Assembly: GCA_003614675.1 (NCBI GenBank)
Contig: ML002213.1
Span: 62,001 to 88,978, forward strand
DNA from: Dimargaris cristalligena
Taxonomy: Eukaryota
Length of the DNA stretch: 26,978 nucleotides
Direction: 5' to 3'
The position numbers and the translations under genes were made by a program. The notes below the pieces were generated by a model, which ran no database searches, was not told where the DNA came from, and saw only the letters and a list, made by a program, of their open reading frames with translations. This document shows, piece after piece, positions 1-10,834 of this stretch (position 1 is its first letter; the number at the start of each line of letters is the position of its first letter).

Positions 1-165
1 TACTGCCAAAAAAAAAATACGGGCTATCCATGGAGCATGATTTATTGAAGCAGGGTGATGAAGACTATACATCTAAACTTACATGGACAAACATCTCCAC
101 CAGATTTTGTAGGGAGAAACATGTGTCGGGCCATACGAATGTAATGGTTTAAAACAAATAGTGCT

Positions 166-1601
166 TTAATAACGCTTCAAAGGAGTCACTATATCCCAGT
201 TGATACCAACCGGGGTCAGTTGTGCGTGTTCGAAATCACTATCCATGACGGGTATATACAGATTTCCGTCCGAGAAAGTTGCGAATACCTTGGGGTTAAT
301 TAGATTTTCGCGGAAGCACTTTAGAATAGGTGCCGTATAGCAGATATTGAGCTGCGATAGGCTATTGGGAAGACTCTGCTGGAATTCGGTTGCTCTGTTG
401 TAACATGCAAGGGCAATATGCTGTTGCCTACCAGCAGGTACTTCATCCCATAGCTGCTTAAAAGCGATCTCTCGTTCTGGGTAATAAATCTGTTCACTAG
501 ATCTACCGACTACTAGCCCTAGGAAAAAGAGGGCCTGGCTACGAATGGCCACATCCGCCAGATGGTTGAAATTGCCGGGATTCATCGATATCCCCGTTAC
601 AAATTTCATCAAACCGACGTAATCACGCCGTTGAATGATAAAAGCCAACAAAGTGGGCATGAGGTGTCCGAACAGGAAACCGTCAGTGACCGCCATTTTA
701 TTTTTCGATTGGCCTACCCAGGAATTTTTAACGAAGTAGTTACGTAGTTCACCTTTACTTAAATCGGAAGGTAGCATCCGCGTTAATTGATTGTAAAACG
801 AACTATCCCCGATACGATTGAAGATTTGGTGAATGCCGCGAACCAGTTCGCCACCGGGGTCATTCCGGGCCATTTCCAATAGAGGAAACTGCTCCACGAG
901 CGATTGATTTGACCAATCATCGATGCGAATGTAGGGTAGTGGATTAGGGTTCTCCGTTTTAGACTCCGTGGTGGTGATTGTGTTGGCATAATCCGAGACA
1001 AAATTAGTCCCAATGGATGGCTTGCCCCCGATGCTGCGGTCGGTTTGGGAACCAGTAACTACAACTTGATTGTGCGGTCGTGCCGATGTGGCAGGTGGAG
1101 TCGTATTGAATAGAGAGGTAATACGCTCCTTGAATCTTTTACTGATTGATTGTTTTGAAAACTGGGTCCAATATATATTGCGAAAACCGAAGGAGTCCCC
1201 CACAAGCGGGTCATCAAAGTACTGCATGTGGTCTTCCAATAGGGCCAGAAACGAGGAGAAATGTTTATGGAGTAAGTACTTCTGTTCACTTATAGTACTT
1301 CCCTAGAACATGTAGATAGGGTTGATAAGGCGTGTAAAATAACCAGAATACAGGCATGGGGTATATGCTATAGTGAATATCATTGGAAAGTTATGTGGCC
1401 CACATAAATGACCAGGCCCGTGGCCAGCATGCCAGGTGTGTGTATTCTTTGAGGAAGATATTAACATTTAACTGTGTCTTCAAGACTTACCTTGATAGAA
1501 TTGATATTGTATATCTTGATTTTGCTCTCGAAAAGGGGGACGCCGGCTACCAAAATAGTGGTGCCGACCACTAAACAACCGATGATATTCCATAGCCGCA
1601 T
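166..1601 (-). CDS. Secreted protein of unknown function, paralog A (415 aa, 2 exons: 1601-1491, 1302-166)
   Basis: Exon 1 reads MRLWNIIGCLVVGTTILVAGVPLFESKIKIYNINSIK (signal-peptide-like N-terminus) and ends at AAG|GTAAGT. Acceptor CTAG|GGA at 1303 joins in phase 0 to the long ORF (GSTISEQKYLLHKHFSSFLALLEDHMQ...). Paralog B has the same architecture. No recognised domain. Confidence 0.85.
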
Positions 1602-1717
1602 TTGCGTCGAGTATGGGCACTTTAGGGGACAGTGGATGGGGTCACGGTAATGCATAAAAAAACAATAAAGGGCAATACTGTAAGGTGGGTTATAGTGGGG
1701 TGCTGGCAAAATGCCCG

Positions 1718-1725
1718 TATTTATA
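1718..1725 (-). promoter_or_regulatory. TATA box (TATAAATA) of paralog A
   Basis: TATAAATA about 120 nt upstream of the ATG, conserved at the equivalent position in paralog B (5391-5398). Confidence 0.55.
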
Positions 1726-2316
1726 AATTATACTTCATAGGAAGGGGAATCGAGCGAGAGGTGGCCATCGCCCCCCTATACAAAACTGTGAATGGTCAAC
1801 CGACAATATCTAGTAATTATAGAATGTGCATTAGGGATAATGTTGAGCAGTTGGGCTTACAGACTCGGCCCCCTCTAAAAAAACGAAAAACTTGAATTCA
1901 ATTACATATAACGGGTTGATAGTGTAAAGGAAACAGGGGATGGTTAGTGTAAGGTAAGAGTCCTCTGTTTATCCAATTACATGAAGTCCGACGAGTATAA
2001 GAATTCGCATTGGGTCTCATCCCCACTAATAACAGTCAACCTACGGGATGGAAGAGTCTTCTATTTCGATTTTTTTTTTCATTCACTTCTCTGGTCTCCC
2101 TATTGACAACATTTAGCCGAGACTGTTGGACAATTAAAGTAATGTTGCCGCATGTGGTTAACCATGAAAGCCCCTTCGGAGCAAGGGCGACAGAGAAATC
2201 GGCGAATATCCTACCACCATTTAGAGAGCATAGATAGGAACACTAAGCCTGGACCACAGTACCCATTTGAAGACCTTTTCAATTGCGCCCTAGTACTTTG
2301 CCGAAAAATTGCATAT

Positions 2317-2592
2317 GGGAGAAGTTCATCTAAGCTGTATAAGGGTGAAATTCAACCCAGCCATATAAAGGTTTACATTATACGTGTATGGGAAAATATG
2401 TGGGAAATGTATTTTTAACTAGTAATATTAGCCGAATCTAATGGATTTTTCGTTATACAGCTTGGATGAACTTTTCCCATAACGAAAAATCCATTAAATT
2501 CGGCCAATATTACTAGTTAAAAATAAAATTCCCATATATTCTCCCATACACATATAATGTAAACCCTTATATAGCTGGGCTGAATTTCACCC
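2317..2592. mobile_element. 136-bp MITE (outer copy, 2317-2342 + 2483-2592) interrupted by a second copy of itself
   Basis: Termini GGGAGAAGTTCA...TGAATTTCACCC form an imperfect TIR. ATAT flanks both sides (2313-2316, 2593-2596). The element is absent from the paralogous site near 6312-6315, which has a single ACAT. Confidence 0.85.
2343..2478. mobile_element. 136-bp MITE (inner copy, opposite orientation)
   Basis: Termini GGGTGAAATTCA...TGAACTTTTCCC, flanked by an ATAA duplication (2339-2342, 2479-2482). It is the reverse complement of the reconstructed outer copy, with about 12 mismatches by hand count. Confidence 0.85.
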
Positions 2593-3793
2593 ATATCCTC
2601 AAGGTCAGATAATTCTGTCAAGGAATCGTATTCGTGTAGCCCATAGTCAATATTTTCCGATTATTAATTGAAAGCAATGCAATACACAGATATGATATTC
2701 TCCAGCAAGGGTCTTTTTTTGCATTCTATGTCTTCGGAGATCGGTGACAGTGGTATTTATGACCCTATAAAAACATTAATCCATTCTATTTTCACTATGT
2801 TAATAATTTTGGGGTTTATTATATTCTGGACACGCTAGGCCTAAGGCAATACACCAGCCCACCAGGAGTAGACATACGGTTGTGTTCGGACTCAGCTTCT
2901 ATCGTCCCACTGATTTGATATCTCTAATTAAATTGTCGCATACTCAGGACATAAATTTATCTTGATAATACATACATCGAACCAAATAAAACTAACCGCA
3001 GGTATCTACCTTGGCCATTTGCTTTAATTCCTCTCTTTAAATATTATTATAAATTACATTAGAAAGGCATTTCATTTAATCTTCTAATTATTTTTTTACT
3101 ATTTACAATAACACTAGGCGCCGCACTCAGACCTATAGTCTGTCTTTAGATTAGACCTTAGATAACGTCGATCAATTTGCAATCGAAATCGATGGGCTGA
3201 AATACAATCGACTAGTAACTAAAGATGAGTAAATCTGAAGATGTTCACAGGGTCACCAGCAAGAGAACACTTATTACCAATGGCCTCTGCTACCGAACCA
3301 GACTCCATCTTAGTGGTCGATTTTCCACCCACGGCTTCGGAGGAGACATAATATACCGTTGTCGGCCCACATAGTAGTGCCGGTGTTGCGAATCGACGGG
3401 TGTATTTAGAAATGGCCATAGCTGAAAACATTCAATTAAACTAACGTCCTCCCAATAGTAAACTATACAGCAAACCATTTTCGCCATGCTCCTAGTTAGA
3501 AAGGGGGCTTTTATTAATAATACTTTCAAGATTGGCCTATTACAGCACCTAAAAATATATATTGCCTAGGCCAGAATATACGGACCTGAAAAAGTGCTGT
3601 CCAACTAGAAGGCGGATTATCTATACAATATAATATATTGACGCAGGGTGACAACAAATATTAACATCAAATTCCGAATAAAATCCCCTTCATTAGATGG
3701 TATAGCTCGGCAAATGCCACTTGTCACAACAATTAACTAATTACAAACCCAAAGAGGCTCAATCATGACACCACACTTGACCCTTGTAGAAAA

Positions 3794-5276
3794 CTAGATA
3801 TATGTCTTTGAATTAGTGCCTGTATCCCAGCTGATATCAACCTGAGTCAGTTGTACGTCTTTAAAATAACTGTCCATGACAGGTATAAACAGATTCCCAT
3901 TTGAGACGGTTCCGAATACCTTGGGGTTGATTAGGTATTTGGAAAAGCACCCGAGAATAGGTTCCGTATAGCGGATGTGGGTCTTTGGCGACCGATCGGC
4001 GAGACTCTGTTGGAATATAGATGCTTTGTTATAACAGTTGCGGGCGGCCTTGCGGTCGTCATCGACGGGTATGGCTTCCAACAGCCATTCAAAAGCGTCC
4101 TGTCGATCTGTACCGGAGTTCGTTTTATGGGATCCGCTGAATACCAGCCCCAGGAAAAAGAGGGCCTGGCTACGAATAGCCACGTCTATCGGGTTCACTA
4201 AATTTTCGGAATCCACCGATATGCCGGTTACAAAGTCCAGTAAACCGGCGTAATCACGCCGTTGAATGATGTATACCAGAAAAGTGGGTATGAGGTGTCT
4301 GAACAGGAAGTCGTCAATGACCAACATTTTATCTTTCGATTGGCCTGCTCGGGTGTTTTTAACCAAGTATTTCCGTAGTTTACCGTCACGCAAACCGGAT
4401 GGTATCATCTGCCTTAACTGATCGTAAAGCGAGCCATCCCTGACAAGATCGAAAATATGGTTAACGAAAAACACCAAGTAGCCACCAGGATCCCGTCGGG
4501 CTCTTTCCAGGAGAGGGAATTCTTCCGCAACCAATGGATCCAACTGACCATTGATACGAACGTAGTGTAGTGGGTTAGGATTCTTCGTTTTTGATCCCGT
4601 GGTAGTGGTGATTCTAGTGCTGGTGCTGGTGGTGGTCGAGACGGCGTAGTCCGAGACGGAAGTGGCTTCAATGGATGACTTTCCTCGCATGCTTAGCTTG
4701 CCGCTGTCGGTCTGGTTATCGACAACGCTTATTTGTTTTTTTGGTCGCGCTGGCATGCTGATTTTGAGACTTTTGAATAGAGCGGCTATACGGGTCTTCA
4801 CTCTTTTAACAGTCGAAGGGTTTGAGGACTGGGTCCAGTATACATGGCGAAAATCGAAGGAATCCCCCACAAGCGGGTCAGCAAAGTGCTGCTGGTGGTC
4901 TTCCAAGAGGGCCAGGTACGAGATGAAGTGCGTATGGAGTAAGTGTTGTTCCTTACTTATGGTACCGCCCTAGAATAAGTGCATGGGATTGAAAAATAAT
5001 TTAGAAAAACCGGAATACAGACATGGGTCATATGTTAAAGCGAATAGTATCGAATAGTTCCATGACCTACGTAAATGACCAAGCCTAGGGGTCAAGATAT
5101 TCGGATATCGGATGTGTGTATCTGTTGAGGATAAAAATATATTTGCTTGTGGTTTTATGACTTACCTCGGTGTAGTAGTTATTGTAGGTCTTTATTTTAC
5201 GCTCGAAAAGGGGGACACTGGCCACCAAAATATTAGTCCCGATGACTATACAACCTAAGATATTCCACGACCGCAT
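3794..5276 (-). CDS. Secreted protein of unknown function, paralog B (428 aa, 2 exons: 5276-5166, 4969-3794)
   Basis: Exon 1 reads MRSWNILGCIVIGTNILVASVPLFERKIKTYNNYYTE, donor GAG|GTAAGT. Acceptor CTAG|GGC at 4970, phase 0. Collinear with paralog A (shared DPLVGDSF, RDPGG, IIQRRDY, DVAIRSQALFFLGLV, LINPKVF, IPVMDS), with an expanded Thr/Ser tract. Confidence 0.85.
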
Positions 5277-5390
5277 TGTGTTGAGTATGAAAACTATAGA
5301 AAGAAATGTATGGTAATATGGCAATGAATTAAATCCAAATAAAATTAATAATAAAATGTGGGTTACCTCGGGGTGCTGGCGAAAAAGGTG

Positions 5391-5398
5391 TATTTATA
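5391..5398 (-). promoter_or_regulatory. TATA box (TATAAATA) of paralog B
   Basis: Same motif and spacing as upstream of paralog A. Confidence 0.55.
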
Positions 5399-6630
5399 AG
5401 GTATGTCCCATAGGAAGGGAATGGGGCGGGAAACGGCCATGGTCCCCCTGGACAAAACTCTAAATGGACGGCTAATAGCCTCCTAAAATCATCCGATTTG
5501 CATCGGGGCTATAGTTGAACAGCTGCGCTCATAGACTGGTAAACCCCCTAATCTAAAAACGACTGTATTAAGCTGGTTAATAGTATAGTGGAAAGAAGGG
5601 ATGGTTAGTATAAGGGAAGAGTACGCTGTTCATCCAATTACACGAAATCCGATGAGTCTTAGAATTCACATTGGGTCTCTTCGCCACCAATAACAGCCAA
5701 CCCACGGGGTGAAAGAGGCATACTTTTTTAACCACTTCTCCCGTTTCCCTTTTGATAACATTTAGCCGAACGTGGCTGAGCAACTTTAGTACAACTGCCG
5801 CATATGGTTAGCCATGCGAGCCCCTTCGGAGCACAGGCAAGGGGCCGTGGTGTGTCCTTTTGGGAATTAAACCATGTCCCTCTTTTCGGTTTCCTCTTTT
5901 CGAGTGGGGTGGACTGGAAAAAAAACACGACCACAGTTCCTCCGTTTAAGCAACGTAAAACTACAACTTTGAAAAAACCAACCGAACTTCTGGCTGAGAG
6001 CTTCGACCGATATCTCCTGCCCACCGCCCAACGGCATCGCACTGCTTCCAGTACTTTGGCGCGTAAGATAAATAGTCTACAACATGGGTAATTGATGACG
6101 AATGCTGGTAGTACATGTCGGTCGACAGGGGGGTCGTCACTATTGCTACTTGTATCGGGTAGCACGGGTCGCATTTAAGACAAGGGCAACGGAGCAATCG
6201 GCGAATGTCCTACCACTATTTAGAGAGCACAGGTGGGAAAACTTAGCCTGGGCCACAGTACTCATTCGAAGACTTATTCAAGGGCGCCCTGTTACTTTGC
6301 TAGATAGTTACACATCTCCAAGTCCAGAGAGTTCGGCCAAATTATCTTTTCTGTGTGTCCTATAGTCAACTTTTATTCGATTTTCGTTGTAAGTCATTGT
6401 AATAAGAGGGCAAGCTATTTTCTACCTAACCGCTATAATTGCACATTATACCTTGAGAGAGAGGTATAAATCGGTATCATGGTCCTATAAAAACACCGAA
6501 CCACATTATTTTCACTGCGTCAACAATTGTGGGCATAATTTTGTTCTAGACACGCTAGGCCTAAGGTGGCGCACCAGCCCACTCAAAATAGACGGATAGT
6601 AGCACTTTGTACGGTTTAGGAACAGCCCAC

Positions 6631-7599
6631 CTATCCGCTATATTGGTTCTTACGGAAGAGATTACTCGACCCCCTTTTGTGGCTTTGAACACCCTGTCGA
6701 AGCTGCCATGTAATCATCCAACTTGTGGTTATAACTGGTAAAATTTAAAAACAAATACAACAGTGTACGAGTGTCTCAATTAGTAACACGGACATTGGAA
6801 TGTAGCCATTTCCCAGTTTGCCCAGTATTTGCCAAAAATGTAAATGTATACGCTGCCCTTTTCGTAGGAATATTATAATCGGTAATACGGGTTGTGGCGA
6901 ATTTGGCCCATACTTACCGGATAGAACGATGAAGACGACCATGTAATCGTTGATAGTTTGTATAAACCCGGCCAGACCTAGGACGGACCGCACGGAGGTG
7001 GTAGCAATCCAGAAAAACATGCCGTCCCGGAACAGAATGATGTATAGGGTGGACTGGTTACTGCGATAGGCCCGGAAAATACTGATAAGAAACTGCCAGG
7101 AAACCATAAAATTGAACAAGAGATCTAGCGCCACGGAGGTGGTAAAACTGTATTGTTCGAATATCGTACTACATTCGGGAGATTGGCCATTGTAAACCAG
7201 GCGTACCAGGGCGATGGCCGTAATATGAGCCGCGATGGACAAAGTTTGAAGCGTATTCATGGTATACAATACCCATTTGGATAATTTGCTCGCATAGTAC
7301 GCCTTGGTAATAAGGATGAACCCGGAAAAGGCGATGGAGATGATGTAGAGGGCGTAGAAGATTGCCGAATAGGCGGGGCATGATATCCGGAGGGAATCCC
7401 GTAGGTTGATAAAAATGGCCAGTATAGCATTGAGCAGGTTCATCACGAAGCACATGGTGTGGATAGGGCGCTGGGTCCGCATGATAGTGCGGGTGGACAT
7501 AAAGAGGGAGTACCACATAATGAGTAGAAGCAGTGCTGTACCGAGCCGGGAGAAATGGAGTACAACCCAACTGGACGCATTTAATTGCATAAGGTCCAT
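6631..7599 (-). CDS. Seven-transmembrane, GPCR-like membrane protein (261 aa, 2 exons: 7599-6918, 6734-6631)
   Basis: Exon 1 carries six hydrophobic helices and the start of a seventh. Donor CCG|GTAAGT at 6917, branch TACTAAT, acceptor TTTTACCAG|. The phase-1 join completes TM7 (YMVVFIVLSVITTSWMITWQL) and a short basic tail. Cys at the top of TM3 (ISCPAY) and in ECL2 (SPECS); LFRDG before TM6. Confidence 0.85.
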
Positions 7600-10500
7600 T
7601 TGGGCTTAATTATATTAGTGTAGGTGGTGTGGGTATGCTAGTAAGGAAATAGAGCCGCGTGCGTTATATATTATAGCAGCAATATTGTGTTCGCAAGAAG
7701 TAGCAAGAAATATAACGTAAGCGAGATAAATAGTATTCGAAATAAGGAAGTAAGAAGATAACTGGGGTCTAAAGGGTAGCAGGGAAGGAACCAAGCGTCT
7801 ACTTATATCATCCTGCTCTTATACCCCATACGATGGGTAACATTGAGGGATTAAGACGGTAGATGGATGGGTGCGGGTGTTGTTGTCCTAGGGTGTAGTC
7901 CATGGACTCCCCCGTTCTTCCCGATTGGGAATGTATTGGTGAAACTAGTATATAGAGGGCATCACTGGCACACAGCATTGACTGGCTAGAGCGGGATATT
8001 AAGTTGTCTATCAGCAGATTCACTATTAGGGCCACATTAGCTATAGTACCCTGGGTCTTTGAAACAACACATAGGGATCTACACTACAATAGAAAATTAA
8101 AAGACCTGGGCGATAGAGCTAGCGTAAATCTCAGGTATCCAACAAATCATTGGCTCGGCCGCGGATAATGTGGGTGGGTTGAAAAGGGAATTCTTTCGGG
8201 CATCCCTTCCTGATATGTCACCAAAGCAAATATATTCGGGATAGTTAGAAACACTTTCATTCAATATCAGATATTCCGTTTTTTGAGAGCACATTCCAAA
8301 ATGCCCATTTAGCCAGTGCTGTAGTATGGTAATAGGGCTACGAATGAACCGAACTAACGTGATGGAAATACATGGAACTTCTGAATATAACCCATGATCC
8401 CAGAAATATCCAATAGTTGGAGCTGTGAATTATGTGGTTCGACAGGTATCAAAGGCACACCATTCCACTTACACCAGTTCGGCAACATAAAAGACCAGTA
8501 CATTAGTTCCAATCAGATATACCATTCCGATAGCGCCGGTATTTCTTCCACTTATTTTGATTGCAAATGGAATGGCAGTGGCCTGGTATACTCGAGCTAG
8601 CGAACTTGCTGCTATTGCTTTCCATTCCGCTCTGAGCTGGCCGGGCTTGGTCAAGCTGTGGGTTATTATCACTCTGTATAGATGGACAGGTGTAGATGTG
8701 AGTGAGAAGACGGATATCGGGATCCCTGGTCCAACCTGAGATTATGAGGTTTCACGAACGATCAGCCTACGGCTTAATATGGTATGGCCCTGTCTTACCC
8801 CATCTGGCAATCATTGTTGCGGAGGCTGTAGAAACAAAACAAAATGTTCGTCGGCCAAGTAGATTCCCTAACCAGCCGGGCCATGCACAACCCTGACAAT
8901 ACAAATTGGTTTGGTTGGCCATGGTTCTTACCTTTCGCCCTCTCATTCGCTTTCAGGACCGTGTCCTCCACAGTGACCCAGCCTGGCTATGGGTCAATAA
9001 ACCTGTAAATCAAATAATCCACTAATACGATCGCTATGGCTAGAGGGCAGAGCAGGGTGGTTTTTAAATAATGACGATATAATCACCCTCTGACTTAGTG
9101 TGAATTAGCATACTAAATGACTGTATCAAAAGTGGGAGAACCATATTCAATGTTGGCTGGTGATCCCGTACTTTGAAGGGGATTGTTGGGCTGAACAAGT
9201 ACTGAATCGGGAATGGCCTTGATTCCTGTCTTTTTTTTTAACTGTATACCCGATTGATAAGTCAGAGCAGACCACAGCCACCCCCACCCTTTTATTTAGA
9301 ATGACCAAAAGATGTTGGTATTCAATTGAACAGGTAAATGTGGCCAATTGAGTTGTTTTTGGAAAGGCATGGCTTCAAGCCCCCCCAAAGCGATCATATT
9401 TCAGCTGGTTGTAAAAAGGGTACACAGAGCATCGTCTAATTCACACCCATTCACTCGCTTTACGGCTGTTGCTAAAGGATTTCATTTAAATTTCACAGGA
9501 AAACAGGATTCGATCAATATAAGCAAGGTATCTCGATGAATAAGGAAGCTGGCAATCAACGTGTGACTCTATGGCTATGTTTCCTATTTGGTTCACGTTA
9601 GTAATCGATTGACCGTGGACTCACGAGTCCGAGGAAAGTAGGGTGTAGTCCAATCAAAGGAGCGTGGAGTGATCACACACGGCTTGACTTTCCACCCCCT
9701 ATTTTGGCCAACACTACAGAGTCAGCTGTTGCTTTTGAACGGAACAGGAGAGGACGTCCCTTTCTAGGCTGTGGTTCCCTATCGGCAATGCGATACATAC
9801 CCAAACCCAGACCCAAATGTATCAATTTCCTAGATTGGTGTAATGAAGTTTGGCTAAATTCGGGATGAGCTCGCCAAATACGCGAGGGCGGCAGGTTGGC
9901 GGGGAGGAGGTGGAGGTTGCCAATTCACAGATGGAGTGTATGGTCTCTTATTAGCAGTGACTTACTCGCTCAGAAGGGCAAGAATTGCCACAACACTGGA
10001 ATTCGACTGAGAGGTGGGGCTCTTGGTATATATTTAGAGAAATAAAAAGGGATAAGGGTCCTGGGAACATTTGGAGGGTAGGTAAGACCACGCGGACGCA
10101 GACCAGCCGGCGACTGAAACGCCCATTCAGAATGATTACGCGCCACTCAGTAAGCTAACTTGGGGTAAGCACGGGAAGGGGAGGAAATGCTCGAAAGACG
10201 ACTAGCTAGGGCTACCCTAAACTGTTAAGAACCCCACTATTCAGCGGGGCGACAAATTCGTAATATCCGCCGGTAATATAATGAAGCCGTAGACTTTTAG
10301 GATATATATTCTTTTAATTTGGCTTCGTTTAACCGCAGTCAAGTTACATAACTGAGCCCTCGGCAGTTGCGCTATAGCCCGGGTTTAACTTAATGGCTCT
10401 GCCCCTCCGCTGCCTGACACTTCTGAATCTAACTCACAAGTTTACTAGTTAGATATTACCAACCCCATCAGCAAAGATCGCCAGCTTTCCAATATGGTAG

Positions 10501-10834
10501 GGGAGAAGTGTTCCCCCGTTCCCACACCAAGTAGAGACGCCCTTACATTTTAGGCCACCCAATAAATCACTTCACGGGTAATCTTGACTGTACCCTTAGA
10601 CTTGCTATAGCAGCAATCGATGTCGTTCCATAGAACTACGTTTATAGGAATAGTCCGATCAGCAGAAAAAAAGCACCCCCTCCCGTTGTTCGATGGCACT
10701 AATTGGGTATATATATATATATAACCGGAAAAGAGAAGTAAGAATCAGACGATGAAAAGTCGGGGAGAGTCAGAGGAGAGAGAAAGCGAGAGGGCAGGGC
10801 TAGAAAGGGAGTAAAAAGTACAAAAAAATGAAGA

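Larger units (their letters stand above)
1..6595. repeat. Tandem segmental duplication, period about 3.6 kb (~1-2875 vs ~3610-6595)
   Basis: Homology spans the 3' flank (TATTGAnGCAGGGTGA at ~43 and ~3636), both exons, the intron and about 1.3 kb upstream (CCCCTTCGGAGCA at 2171/5821; CCTATAAAAACA at 2764/6484; ACACGCTAGGCCTAAGG at 2830/6550). Confidence 0.9.

Noticed and set aside
3219-3529. Two overlapping 70-79 aa minus-strand ORFs between the duplicated units
   Set aside because: No recognisable domain, signal peptide or convincing gene structure.
5728-6365. ORFs overlapping the paralog-B-specific segment (possible transposase fragments)
   Set aside because: No DDE, RT or other transposon motifs, and the ORFs run across the indel boundaries.
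8394-8896. Short hydrophobic ORFs on both strands (possible membrane-protein or desaturase relic)
   Set aside because: No conserved motif continues in any frame, and there is no consistent splice model.
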